A stretch of 60,582 nucleotides of DNA, counting the filler. It is 9 parts of 9 records of this genome, joined end to end, with 100 filler letters (N's around TTAATTAATTAA, not from the genome) between each part and the next. Parts side by side here need not be neighbours in the genome. Positions count along the whole stretch, not along the records: positions 28,578 to 34,007 come from SRR31156797_31512; positions 34,108 to 40,471 come from SRR31156797_31536; 7 more parts are not named here. The stretch is one strand, 5' to 3'. The notes under the pieces were generated by a model. It was not told the origin of the DNA. It searched no databases and saw only the letters and a program-made list of their open reading frames with translations. This document shows, piece after piece, positions 29,408 through 38,077 of the stretch. Numbering within the stretch: position 1 is the first letter of the stretch; every line of letters begins with the position of its first letter. Made by a program: the position numbers and the translations under genes.

Positions 29408-31744
29408 TCACCCTTGCCGAATGTGAGCGGACTTGAGTAGCTCCGCTCGAATGGCTTCAGGATCACGGGACTGCCAGTTTCCAGACAAGTTGACGGCCCA
29501 ATGGTCATGATTGCGGATCACCCAGAGGCGGGGGCGGCTGCCATCTTGGAGCGATACTTGCTCAAGCCGTGTCGCGCCGAGATTTCGGAGTGATTGCCCC
29601 ACCTTCCTGGTCGTGGTCCTGGCAAAATCTCCGCCCCTGAAACACAGGGCCTCTCTCACTTCTTCGGAGCGAACAACATCGCGATGGAACGGCGGGATAC
29701 CTTGGTCCATCATTTCGATCAACTCGCCATCGATCGGAGGGCGGCTATCTTCCACCAATTGTCGCTTGGCGTCTGTCATCGGGGCGTGGGTCATCGGGTC
29801 GAACTGGGTCAAGTCGCGATTTAGAAGGGTGGAGTAAATCACGCCTACGTTTTCACTCGTCCATCCCCATAGTTGGCCGTAGTAGGTTGGGTCGCGAGGA
29901 GCAGCCTGACTTGCTATGTAAAAGGTGCGACGGTCGTCGGGTGGTACGTAGGTTGCGACGTCGTGATTTGTGAACGCAAGGAACTTCGCTGTGTTCTTTA
30001 CTTCCCGAGACCGTAGGTATTTGCCTTCAATTCTCACGACCGGTTCGGTGATCATCGCCTTAATGCGATTGGCAATTTCCATTCGCCCCCCTGCCATCAG
30101 CTCTTCAATGATGACAACTGCCGCGTTGACGATCCAATCCGACCACTGAGTTCGAAGATCCTCGGTTCGAATCACCCGAATAGGTTCCCTACCGAGAATC
30201 ATGCTTAGCACTTGTCCTAGATAGCTCTTACCGGTTCCGGCTTGCCCTTTGATGAGCGTCATATAGCCCAATAGGCGGCCCGGGAATTGGACGATGTAGG
30301 CGAGGGTATTCAGTAATGCGTACCGCTCCTCATCATCCGGTACGAGGTAGGTTAGATGGTCCAAGAACACCGACGGATCTCCTTCAACCGGGATCACCGT
30401 GGGGGGAGACCAGACGTTCATGATTTTTGCTCCGCCATTCCGGAAGAACTTAGGTTTCTCTGGAGCAAACTCGGTCCGATCAACCTTTGTTGTGGCTTTC
30501 GATGAGTTGAAAGCCACATGGGGGACCTGTCTCTTGTCGACCAAGTGTCGAGTCATTTCGGTAAAGACCGTTCGATTCAATACCTGCGAAAAACGCAAAT
30601 TGTAGAACGCGTCTTCTTCGCCGACATATGCCCAGTCCTTGAACGTGTTGAAGAGCGGTTGCCCCAAGACGATTGGAGATGAGACCCTGCCTCTGAAATT
30701 GCATTGGGCACAATATGCGTCGTTCAGGTCGCCTTCGATTGTGTCGCATCTGTAGGGGCCGCCGTCCGCTATAGATTGATCGATTTTCGACTCTGTTTCA
30801 GCGGGATCGTAGTCAAGGTATGGATGGGAAAGTTCATGGAACCGTTGGCGTCCGTCCCGACACCTGACAATGATCGTGGCGAGCGCCTTCCACTCGGGTT
30901 CCGGCAATGTTGCGGCGTCGTTCCGACAATGCGCGCACCAAGGGCAAGCCGACAGTATCAAGTCGGGGTCGGCGGAACCGGAGTTATTATTCGGTGTGTT
31001 GTCGTTTGCTGGGGGGGGGCGATCGACCAATGGCGTTTCTGGCAAGAGTGCCTCCAACTCCGCTGGGTGGTAGCGATGGCCCTTGAAGCTGACAAGTTTG
31101 ACGGAAAGAGGGTTTCCTTTCCGGTTCACGCTTCCGACAGCCCGAGTTAGGCAGTTTAGATTGGAGGTGTTGTCGAATTTCCAACCATGTTGGAGTCCTA
31201 AGTCCCTTATCATTTTATGGAAACGTTTTGACAGTGAGGCAGCCCGTTCCCGTTCTTGGCTAGTCGTCAAGGTCCAGAGGCTATTGAACACCCAGACGGC
31301 GTAGAGGCCGTTGCCGGAGTTGATCACCATTGTCGGAGGGCAGGTGAAGGAAGCAACGAATTCGAGCGCTGTCTCCCTCGAACCGGGGAGTTTTTTCTCC
31401 GCGTGTGCATCGGGGTTCTTGACGTTAAAGTGATCGAGGTCGAACCACAGGCATGGAATTGCGGTAACCGTATCGGCTTTCCCACGATGATTTTCAGGCA
31501 CCGGGCCAGCTTGCAGTCCATATGCGAAGAAGACATTCCAAGTTTCGGATTCACGGGCGATATGAGCTGCCGCATCGTGCAACCTGTCTGCTGTGAAACT
31601 CCGCGTTCGCGTATTATTTGGCCCGATGATTGTCGTTACCTCCAGGTAACCGTCGAAGTTCGACCCGAATAGAAACCTCAAATGCGATTCAGGATCGGAG
31701 GGAACGACGGCGGTAGGTGGCGTGAGAAGTGGTTCAGCGGCCAT
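29408..31744 (-). CDS. Primase-helicase fusion: RepB-like AEP - Cys-rich PriL-like domain - SF3 (DUF5906/D5-like) helicase
   Basis: LWFDLD and SGNGLYAVW; CPWCAHC...YRC...CAQC; Walker A GQAGTGKS, Walker B VVIIEE, AFTN, DDRR. Confidence 0.85.
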   Translation of the reverse strand: MAAEPLLTPPTAVVPSDPESHLRFLFGSNFDGYLEVTTIIGPNNTRTRSFTADRLHDAAAHIARESETWNVFFAYGLQAGPVPENHRGKADTVTAIPCLWFDLDHFNVKNPDAHAEKKLPGSRETALEFVASFTCPPTMVINSGNGLYAVWVFNSLWTLTTSQERERAASLSKRFHKMIRDLGLQHGWKFDNTSNLNCLTRAVGSVNRKGNPLSVKLVSFKGHRYHPAELEALLPETPLVDRPPPANDNTPNNNSGSADPDLILSACPWCAHCRNDAATLPEPEWKALATIIVRCRDGRQRFHELSHPYLDYDPAETESKIDQSIADGGPYRCDTIEGDLNDAYCAQCNFRGRVSSPIVLGQPLFNTFKDWAYVGEEDAFYNLRFSQVLNRTVFTEMTRHLVDKRQVPHVAFNSSKATTKVDRTEFAPEKPKFFRNGGAKIMNVWSPPTVIPVEGDPSVFLDHLTYLVPDDEERYALLNTLAYIVQFPGRLLGYMTLIKGQAGTGKSYLGQVLSMILGREPIRVIRTEDLRTQWSDWIVNAAVVIIEELMAGGRMEIANRIKAMITEPVVRIEGKYLRSREVKNTAKFLAFTNHDVATYVPPDDRRTFYIASQAAPRDPTYYGQLWGWTSENVGVIYSTLLNRDLTQFDPMTHAPMTDAKRQLVEDSRPPIDGELIEMMDQGIPPFHRDVVRSEEVREALCFRGGDFARTTTRKVGQSLRNLGATRLEQVSLQDGSRPRLWVIRNHDHWAVNLSGNWQSRDPEAIRAELLKSAHIRQG

Positions 31745-32327
31745 GGCGACCTCCCGCGTGTTCGGATTGTTCGCGAAGGATAGTCTTCAGCCATTCCGGC
31801 GCTTCAGCTATCTCCGCACTGTTGATTAACCAGTATTCCTCTCCGGAAGGATGGATGCTTCCGGGGCCGACGACGTATCCCCCATCTGCCAATATGTCGA
31901 TCCGGGGGGTCAACTGCACATTGGGAATTCGAAGGTTGCTTTCCGAGTTTCTGAGGTAGATGTGGTAGCCACCACCCCCGGTCAAGACAGACAATGTCCG
32001 GGGTATGTCTCCGCGATGCTGGTTTTCAAAGTCGTCCACGACCGTGTTGACGTCGATATCTCCCAAGTTGTTGACGTTGATGACGATTAGACGATCCGTG
32101 AGAATGCCGAAATTGCAACGGGGATATCGGAAGTACCAATTTTCAATTAATTCCTCCGCCTTGGTTGCTGCCTGACGCCAGTTTCTCATGCACGGTTCCT
32201 TGCCGCGCTCTCTGATAGGGAAAACCCACAAATTCTCAGCACGCGCAATCAATTGCGTAAGATACCAAGCACACCGGGCGATTTCGCGTTCGGTTAGTAA
32301 TTGTGTCACCTCGCTAGCCCTTCCCAT
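31734..32327 (-). CDS. Bifunctional DNA primase/polymerase N-terminal (Prim-Pol) domain protein with DxD changed to NxN
   Basis: WVFPI..GKEP, ATK, NFGILT, LIVINVN, TGGGGYHIYL, IDILADGGYVVGPGSIHPSGEEY, APEWL; start at ATG 32327 or GTG 32309. Confidence 0.88.
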   Translation of the reverse strand: MGRASEVTQLLTEREIARCAWYLTQLIARAENLWVFPIRERGKEPCMRNWRQAATKAEELIENWYFRYPRCNFGILTDRLIVINVNNLGDIDVNTVVDDFENQHRGDIPRTLSVLTGGGGYHIYLRNSESNLRIPNVQLTPRIDILADGGYVVGPGSIHPSGEEYWLINSAEIAEAPEWLKTILREQSEHAGGRHGR

Positions 32328-32535
32328 TGTGTTGGTTGTCATTTGCGGGAACGAGAGGATGAACCTCATTCGCTTCCAACCATTTTTCGATCGAAGACCG
32401 CCGGAAGAGAATTTTACGACCGCATGGTACGAACGGTGGCGAGGTTCGTAGCGCCCTGAACCTGGCGAGTGTGCGCGGCGAAATGCCAAGGACCGAAGCG
32501 GCCTCGGATGCAGTTAAAAGGTCTGTGGGGGTCAT
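32314..32535 (-). CDS. Excisionase/AlpA-like HTH protein
   Basis: AGGAG RBS; LLTASEAASVLGISPRTLARFR...PPFVPCGRKILFRRSSIEKWL. Confidence 0.88.
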   Translation of the reverse strand: MTPTDLLTASEAASVLGISPRTLARFRALRTSPPFVPCGRKILFRRSSIEKWLEANEVHPLVPANDNQHNGKG

Positions 32536-32675
32536 ACTCTCTCTCCTGGTGCTGAGTGAAGACACCAAGATAAACATAGGCAATTATTATGAGTCCACAA
32601 TAAATCGCATAAAAAGTAAAAGTACTAGTACCGTACAATACTATTCTGTTCTAACAAAGTGGCAATATTTACCTT

Positions 32676-33821
32676 CTAGTTGTGGTCGTTTATTATTTTG
32701 GATATCTTGTTTGTTGCCTTCCGGAGCGGGTCGTCCATCAAATGGCTGTATCTTAAGGTCGTTTGGCTCTGGGTGTGCCCAAGGAGCCTGCCGATGACCG
32801 CGAGATTCTCGCCACTGGATATCAGGAGGCTCGCGAAGGAGTGTCGTAAATCGTGAATACGAAGGCCAACAAACCCGGTCTTTTTTCTGAGCCATGCCCA
32901 GGGCCTTTTTAGGTCATGAATTGGGCCGTTACCGGTCTTACTCGGGAAAAGAAGTTCTCCCTTCGCTTCTTCCCTCATTGCCGAGAGAAGTCGGCACGCC
33001 TCAACGGAGAGCGGAGTCCTATGTGTGCGGCGTTGTTTCGTATGGGTTGAAGGTTTTGTCCAAAGCGACTTCTCAAGATTGAATTGGTCCCAAGTCGCGT
33101 TGAGGACCTCGCCACGTCTGGCTCCGGTGAGTATTAGAAGCCGGATGGCGTTCGAGGCTTGCTTGTTTGGCATCTCGTCCAGGTATTGGAATACAGAGAC
33201 GAGGTCTGCGGGGCTGAGGTAGTTGTCTTTCGCCTCCTCTGGATTGCGCCGGAAACCGTTTGCGGGGTTCCTTTCGATCCAGCCCTCTCGGAGAGCTTTG
33301 TTCAAAGCCGCCCGGAAACTTTCCAGGACACGATTGGCCCGGACCAAGGCATGCTTGGAAATCTCCCGGTGCAGATCGTCGATGTCACCCGCCGTGAGGT
33401 TCACAAGCTTAGAGCTGCCAAACTTCGGCAGGATGTATTGGATCCACATGGAGGTTACGTCACGCTGACTGCGCTCCGCCATCTCCGGCACGTGCCGAGA
33501 TTTGTAGTGCTCCCATAGGGAACTGACCGTAGGAGCACCGCGCTCACTCTTCCGAATATCGAGAGGGTCTTCGCCCCGATCGACAGCACGCTTGAGCTCC
33601 TCCGCCCTCTTTCGGGCGGCCGCGACAGACCAAGCCGGAAATTGCCCAATCGTGATGCGCCGTTCACGTCCCGCGACAAAAAAATTGAGGACAAAGGCCC
33701 GCGACCCCTTTGCCGTGACCCGGACGCCGAACCCTTTCAGGTTTGCGTCATATGTGATCCGGTTCCCGGAGGAGGGGACTGGGAGGGCTTTGACTGTCCG
33801 TTCGGTGATACGCTCTGGCAT
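32676..33821 (-). CDS. Tyrosine recombinase/integrase with N-terminal arm-binding domain
   Basis: GFGVRVT..GSRAF..ITIGQFP..AAR arm domain; TGARRGE, HDLRHS, LLGH, TLRYSH catalytic set. Confidence 0.96.
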   Translation of the reverse strand: MPERITERTVKALPVPSSGNRITYDANLKGFGVRVTAKGSRAFVLNFFVAGRERRITIGQFPAWSVAAARKRAEELKRAVDRGEDPLDIRKSERGAPTVSSLWEHYKSRHVPEMAERSQRDVTSMWIQYILPKFGSSKLVNLTAGDIDDLHREISKHALVRANRVLESFRAALNKALREGWIERNPANGFRRNPEEAKDNYLSPADLVSVFQYLDEMPNKQASNAIRLLILTGARRGEVLNATWDQFNLEKSLWTKPSTHTKQRRTHRTPLSVEACRLLSAMREEAKGELLFPSKTGNGPIHDLKRPWAWLRKKTGFVGLRIHDLRHSFASLLISSGENLAVIGRLLGHTQSQTTLRYSHLMDDPLRKATNKISKIINDHN

Positions 33822-33977
33822 GATCGTGTCCGTTCTGTGTCCGGCAACTAAAGCGAATTAGTTTGACATGAGCGTCCTCCAATGTCCATGATTGTCATCA
33901 TTAAGTACCAGTACTTAATAAGAAAAATGGAAAAACATAAGGAAACGGAAGGGCTGATGGGCAGTATGGCCCGCAGT

Positions 33978-34007
33978 CTCATAACCTGAAGGTCGGAGGT
34001 TCAAATC
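33978..34007 (+). tRNA. 3' half of tRNA-Met(CAT), initiator type: att-site duplication, not a full tRNA
   Basis: CTCATAACCTGAAGGTCGGAGGTTCAAATC (anticodon loop to T loop); the upstream sequence lacks an acceptor stem and D arm. Confidence 0.85.
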
Positions 34008-34107
34008 NNNNNNNNNNNNNNNNNNNNNNNNNNNNNNNNNNNNNNNNNNNNTTAATTAATTAANNNNNNNNNNNNNNNNNNNNNNNNNNNNNNNNNNNNN
34101 NNNNNNN
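34008..34107. other. Artificial contig linker
   Basis: Same 100-bp spacer. Confidence 0.99.
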
Positions 34108-34649
34108 ACGTTTATTCCAAATCCGGACATGGAAGGGCGTGCATATTGGGGATTTCGACATTCCCCTTGTTCCGAAAGCACCCGGCATGCGGCATGTTCC
34201 CTACAAAAAATTTTTTTGCATGACCCTCCGGCAAAGGCTTTTGATTCAGGATATCCCATGCGGACGGCTTCCTCTTCCACACCGGAAACGATTTCATGAA
34301 GCAATTGCATGACTTCTCTGCGCTCATTTGAAAACATGACCGATGAAGGGATATCAATCCGAACAACCATGGCATGGCGGGTTTTCTTGATTAATTCCCG
34401 AAAGCCCGATGGTCCCAAAACATGGGGGGGGCAACTTGGGGAAAGCCCGTAGGTCTCGCATCGGATTTCCCGGCAAACATTTGCCAGATGGTCCTCAACC
34501 GGCACACGGGACGCACTTGTGATGCCGACCTCACTGGCTCCCAATCGACGCGCCAGTTGAATGAGATCATTTGGTTTTTCCACGGAGGTTCCTTTTCGGG
34601 GTACCTCCATATTCGACTTTTCGTTAATAAAGCGGTCGTTATTTTCCAT
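34108..34649 (-). CDS. DUF2284-type Cys-rich metal-binding protein (3' truncated)
   Basis: C...CETYGLSPSCPP, FAGGSCKKIFC, CRNPQYARPSMSGFGIN. Confidence 0.8.
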
Positions 34650-34731
34650 TTACAAAACCTTTCTTGAAACCGATAATCAAACGTGAATGAGGAAGGCACT
34701 GTTTGCTATTTTACACTATGATGGAGGCGAT

Positions 34732-35571
34732 ATGAAGCATGAAGAAGGGTTTCTGAACGAAAACAGCAATGAGCATATCTATTATCAATGCTGGCTTCCG
34801 GAAGGTGATGTGAAAGCCTTATTGCTCGTGGTGCATGGTCTCGCCGAACACTGCGGCCGATACATGAATCTGGTCAACCGGTTTGTCCCCTTGGGTTACG
34901 GGGTCTACACATTTGATCTCCCGGGACATGGAAAATCATATGGCAAAAGGGTATATGTCAACCGATTTGAAGATTACACGCAAACATTGGCCGTTTTCCT
35001 GAACAAAGTTCAAGACCTGCACAATGAAGCGCCCCGCTTCATTGTGGGGCACAGCATGGGAAGTTTGGTGAGCACCGTGTTCCTGGCCAATCATCAGAAA
35101 GAATTTGCCGGAGCAATCCTTTCCGGTTCCGGCGCCGTCAAAATTCCGGACAGCATTTCTTCGGCCACCATATTTGCCGGCAAAGTCTTTTCCGTATTAA
35201 TGCCCAAAATCGGACTCATCGGGCTCGATGTGGACGGGGTGAGCCGCGATCCGTCGGTGGTAAACGCCTATGTGGAGGACCCCCTTGTCCATACGGGGAA
35301 AACAACGGCCAGACTGGCTGCGGAGATCCTTGGGGCCATGCAGGGTATTCCCGAGATTGCGACCCGGATCACCCTGCCGATTCTGCTGATCCAGGGGGGT
35401 GCGGACCGACTGGTGGACCCGGAAGGTGCCAGAATGCTTTTTGAGACGGTTCAATCATCGGATAAAACCATTAAAATCTATGAAGGGTTGTATCACGAGA
35501 TATTTAACGAACCGGAACGTGATCAGGTATTGACCGATGTGGAAGGATGGCTGGAAAACCATCTTCATTAA
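34732..35571 (+). CDS. Lysophospholipase / monoacylglycerol lipase (alpha/beta hydrolase)
   Basis: VHGLAEHCGRY, DLPGHGKS, GHSMG, LYHEIFNEPE; GGAGG RBS. Confidence 0.92.
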   Translation: MKHEEGFLNENSNEHIYYQCWLPEGDVKALLLVVHGLAEHCGRYMNLVNRFVPLGYGVYTFDLPGHGKSYGKRVYVNRFEDYTQTLAVFLNKVQDLHNEAPRFIVGHSMGSLVSTVFLANHQKEFAGAILSGSGAVKIPDSISSATIFAGKVFSVLMPKIGLIGLDVDGVSRDPSVVNAYVEDPLVHTGKTTARLAAEILGAMQGIPEIATRITLPILLIQGGADRLVDPEGARMLFETVQSSDKTIKIYEGLYHEIFNEPERDQVLTDVEGWLENHLH

Positions 35572-35583
35572 CGGAGGTTCCCT

Positions 35584-37320
35584 TTGAAACACACATTTGA
35601 TGCCATCATCGTGGGATCGGGCGGCTCCGGTCTGTACGCAGCCCTGGAAGTGAGTGGACAGGCCAAAACCGCAGTCCTTTCAAAAGTCCACCCGGTCCGC
35701 AGCCACACGGGCGCAGCCCAGGGGGGTATCAGTGCGGCCCTGGGGAACGTGGAAGAAGATGAACCCCGTTGGCACGCCTTTGACACGGTCAAGGGAGGTG
35801 ATTATCTGGCGGACCAGCAGGCGGCCCTGCTCATGGCCGAGGAAGCGGTACAAGCGGTATATGATCTTGAAAACCGGGGGCTTCCCTTCAACCGCACTCC
35901 GGACGGCCGCATCGATCAACGCCGGTTCGGGGGACATACCCGCAATTTCAGCGAAGCGCCCGTGCGCAGGGCCTGCTATGCGGCGGATCGCACCGGGCAC
36001 ATGATCCTTCAGACCCTTTACCAGCAATGCATCAAGAACGGGGTCCATTTTTATGATGAGTACCAGGTCCTGGACCTGGTATCGGAAGACAAACAATGCG
36101 CCGGTGTGGTGGCCCTTGAATTGTCAACCGGCGAAATCCATATGTTTCAAGCCAAAACCGTTCTGTTCGCCACGGGCGGGTTCGGCCGCATGTTCAAAGT
36201 CACATCCAATGCCTATGCCAACACGGGTGACGGACCGGCCATCTGCGCCAGGCGGGGCATTCCCCTCCAGGACATGGAGTTTTTCCAGTTTCATCCCACC
36301 GGCATCAAGGGCTTAGGGATCCTCATCTCCGAGGCGGTCCGGGGCGAAGGGGGAATTTTAAGGAACAGCCATGAAGAACAATTCATGGCACGTTTTGCTC
36401 CCACATTACTGGACCTGGCGCCACGGGACATGGTTTCCCGGGCCATCATGACGGAGATCAGGGAAGGCGCGGGCATTCGCGGGGACCGTAAAATCGACGA
36501 CTACGTTCACCTGGACGCCACCCATCTGGGGAAAGAAACCCTTCAAAACAAACTGCCGGACATTACCGACTTCTGCCAAACTTACCTGGGGATCGATCCG
36601 GCTGAAAACCCCATCCCCGTTCTCCCCACGGCCCATTACGGCATGGGCGGCATCCCCACGGATGTTCATGGCCGAGTCATGGCCGACAACAAAGGCGCGT
36701 TGATAGAAGGGCTTTATGCGGTGGGGGAATGCGCCTGCGTATCCGTACATGGGGCCAACCGGCTGGGCACCAACTCCCTGCTGGACCTGGTGGTGTTCGG
36801 ACGACGAGCGGGACGTCACATGGCCGACTACGTCAAACATGCAGACCCGGTACACGTTCCGGCCCATGCGGCCGATTTTTCCCGCCGGTGGATCGCCCGG
36901 CTGACGGACAAAAAAGAGGGGCCCCACGGGGGCCGCATTCTGGAAGAGATGCAGACCGCCATGATGGAAAATGTGGGCGTCTATCGCAATGAAAGGGATA
37001 TGGCTAAAACCGTGAAGCAACTGGAAACCCTTCGGGAAGAATACGGGTTGGTGCGTGCCCAGGATCAAGGCACATCTTTCAACACGGACCTTCTGGAACT
37101 CATCGAACTGGGAAACCTTTGTGATTTGGCGTTCATCACGGCGGTCTCAGCCCTCAATCGACAGGAAAGTCGAGGGGCCCATTCAAGGGAAGACTACCCG
37201 GAACGGGATGACCCCAACTGGCTGAAGCACACCCTGGCCCATCTGGAGGGAGACCGGGTAAGGCTTGATTACAGGGATGTGGATGTTTCCATCTGGACCC
37301 CAAAACCCAGAAAATATTGA
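35584..37320 (+). CDS. sdhA: Succinate dehydrogenase/fumarate reductase flavoprotein
   Basis: RSHTGAAQGGI (covalent FAD His), FQFHPTG, SEAVRGEG, AHYGMGG, HGANRLGTNSL, ESRGAH. Confidence 0.95.
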   Translation: MKHTFDAIIVGSGGSGLYAALEVSGQAKTAVLSKVHPVRSHTGAAQGGISAALGNVEEDEPRWHAFDTVKGGDYLADQQAALLMAEEAVQAVYDLENRGLPFNRTPDGRIDQRRFGGHTRNFSEAPVRRACYAADRTGHMILQTLYQQCIKNGVHFYDEYQVLDLVSEDKQCAGVVALELSTGEIHMFQAKTVLFATGGFGRMFKVTSNAYANTGDGPAICARRGIPLQDMEFFQFHPTGIKGLGILISEAVRGEGGILRNSHEEQFMARFAPTLLDLAPRDMVSRAIMTEIREGAGIRGDRKIDDYVHLDATHLGKETLQNKLPDITDFCQTYLGIDPAENPIPVLPTAHYGMGGIPTDVHGRVMADNKGALIEGLYAVGECACVSVHGANRLGTNSLLDLVVFGRRAGRHMADYVKHADPVHVPAHAADFSRRWIARLTDKKEGPHGGRILEEMQTAMMENVGVYRNERDMAKTVKQLETLREEYGLVRAQDQGTSFNTDLLELIELGNLCDLAFITAVSALNRQESRGAHSREDYPERDDPNWLKHTLAHLEGDRVRLDYRDVDVSIWTPKPRKY

Positions 37321-37327
37321 GGGAAAT

Positions 37328-38053
37328 ATGATAAACATCACCCTGCGAATCAGACGGTTTAACCCGGAAACCCAGAATAAAGCCCGTTATCAGGATTTTG
37401 TTGTGGCGGTAGCACCCGATGAACGGATCCTGGATGCCCTCATGGGCATCAAACGATTTCAGGACGGAACGTTAGGGTTTCGAAAAAGCTGCGCCCACGG
37501 GGTCTGTGGATCGGACGCCATGCGCATCAACGGCAAAGACCGTCTTGCCTGCAAAACCCTGGTGCGGGACGTGGCTCCCAAAGGGGGAGAAACCGTTCTC
37601 ATTGAACCGTTGCGGCATCTTCCGGTGCTGCGGGACCTGATGGTGGACCAGACCACCTTTTTCAAACGCTATCGTTTGGTAAAACCCTTTCTCATCAATG
37701 AAAAACCGCCTGATGAACGGGAACGGCTGCAATCGCAGGAAGAACGTATGGCCTTTGACGATGCCACCAATTGCATCCTCTGCTCCGCCTGTTTTTCCGC
37801 CTGCCCCATCCTGGAAGAGAACCCGGCGTTTCTGGGTCCATCAGCGGTTGTGCAAGCCTTTCGGTTTCTGGGAGACAGCCGGGACAAGGGTTTTAGGGAA
37901 CGCCTGCCGGTACTGGATGGGCACGACGGCGTATGGCCCTGCCGGAATCATTTTGAATGTACCAGGGCCTGCCCCCGCGCCATCAAGATCACCAAACGGA
38001 TCAACGAAACCAAGAGAATGATTCAGACATACAAAGAATCGTCCGAGTCATAG
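37328..38053 (+). CDS. sdhB: Succinate dehydrogenase/fumarate reductase iron-sulfur subunit
   Basis: SCAHGVCGSD, LAC, CILCSACFSACP, CRNHFECTRACP. Confidence 0.95.
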   Translation: MINITLRIRRFNPETQNKARYQDFVVAVAPDERILDALMGIKRFQDGTLGFRKSCAHGVCGSDAMRINGKDRLACKTLVRDVAPKGGETVLIEPLRHLPVLRDLMVDQTTFFKRYRLVKPFLINEKPPDERERLQSQEERMAFDDATNCILCSACFSACPILEENPAFLGPSAVVQAFRFLGDSRDKGFRERLPVLDGHDGVWPCRNHFECTRACPRAIKITKRINETKRMIQTYKESSES

Positions 38054-38077
38054 AAAAGAGGGGGGCGGTAGGTTCCC

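Larger units (their letters stand above)
28578..34007 (-). mobile_element. Integrative phage-satellite-like element (int - xis - Prim-Pol - primase/helicase - ori - HTH - cargo), right end at a tRNA-Met att site; left end not in the contig
   Basis: Co-oriented integrase, excisionase and replication genes next to a tRNA 3'-half duplication; no capsid, tail or conjugation genes visible. Confidence 0.88.

Noticed and set aside
32328-32489. N-terminal extension of the Prim-Pol ORF in the ORF track
   Set aside because: Overlaps the excisionase gene, which has its own RBS; Prim-Pol motifs start only after 32327
33940-34007. Complete tRNA-Met gene
   Set aside because: No acceptor-stem 5' strand or D arm before the anticodon loop; only the 3' half is present
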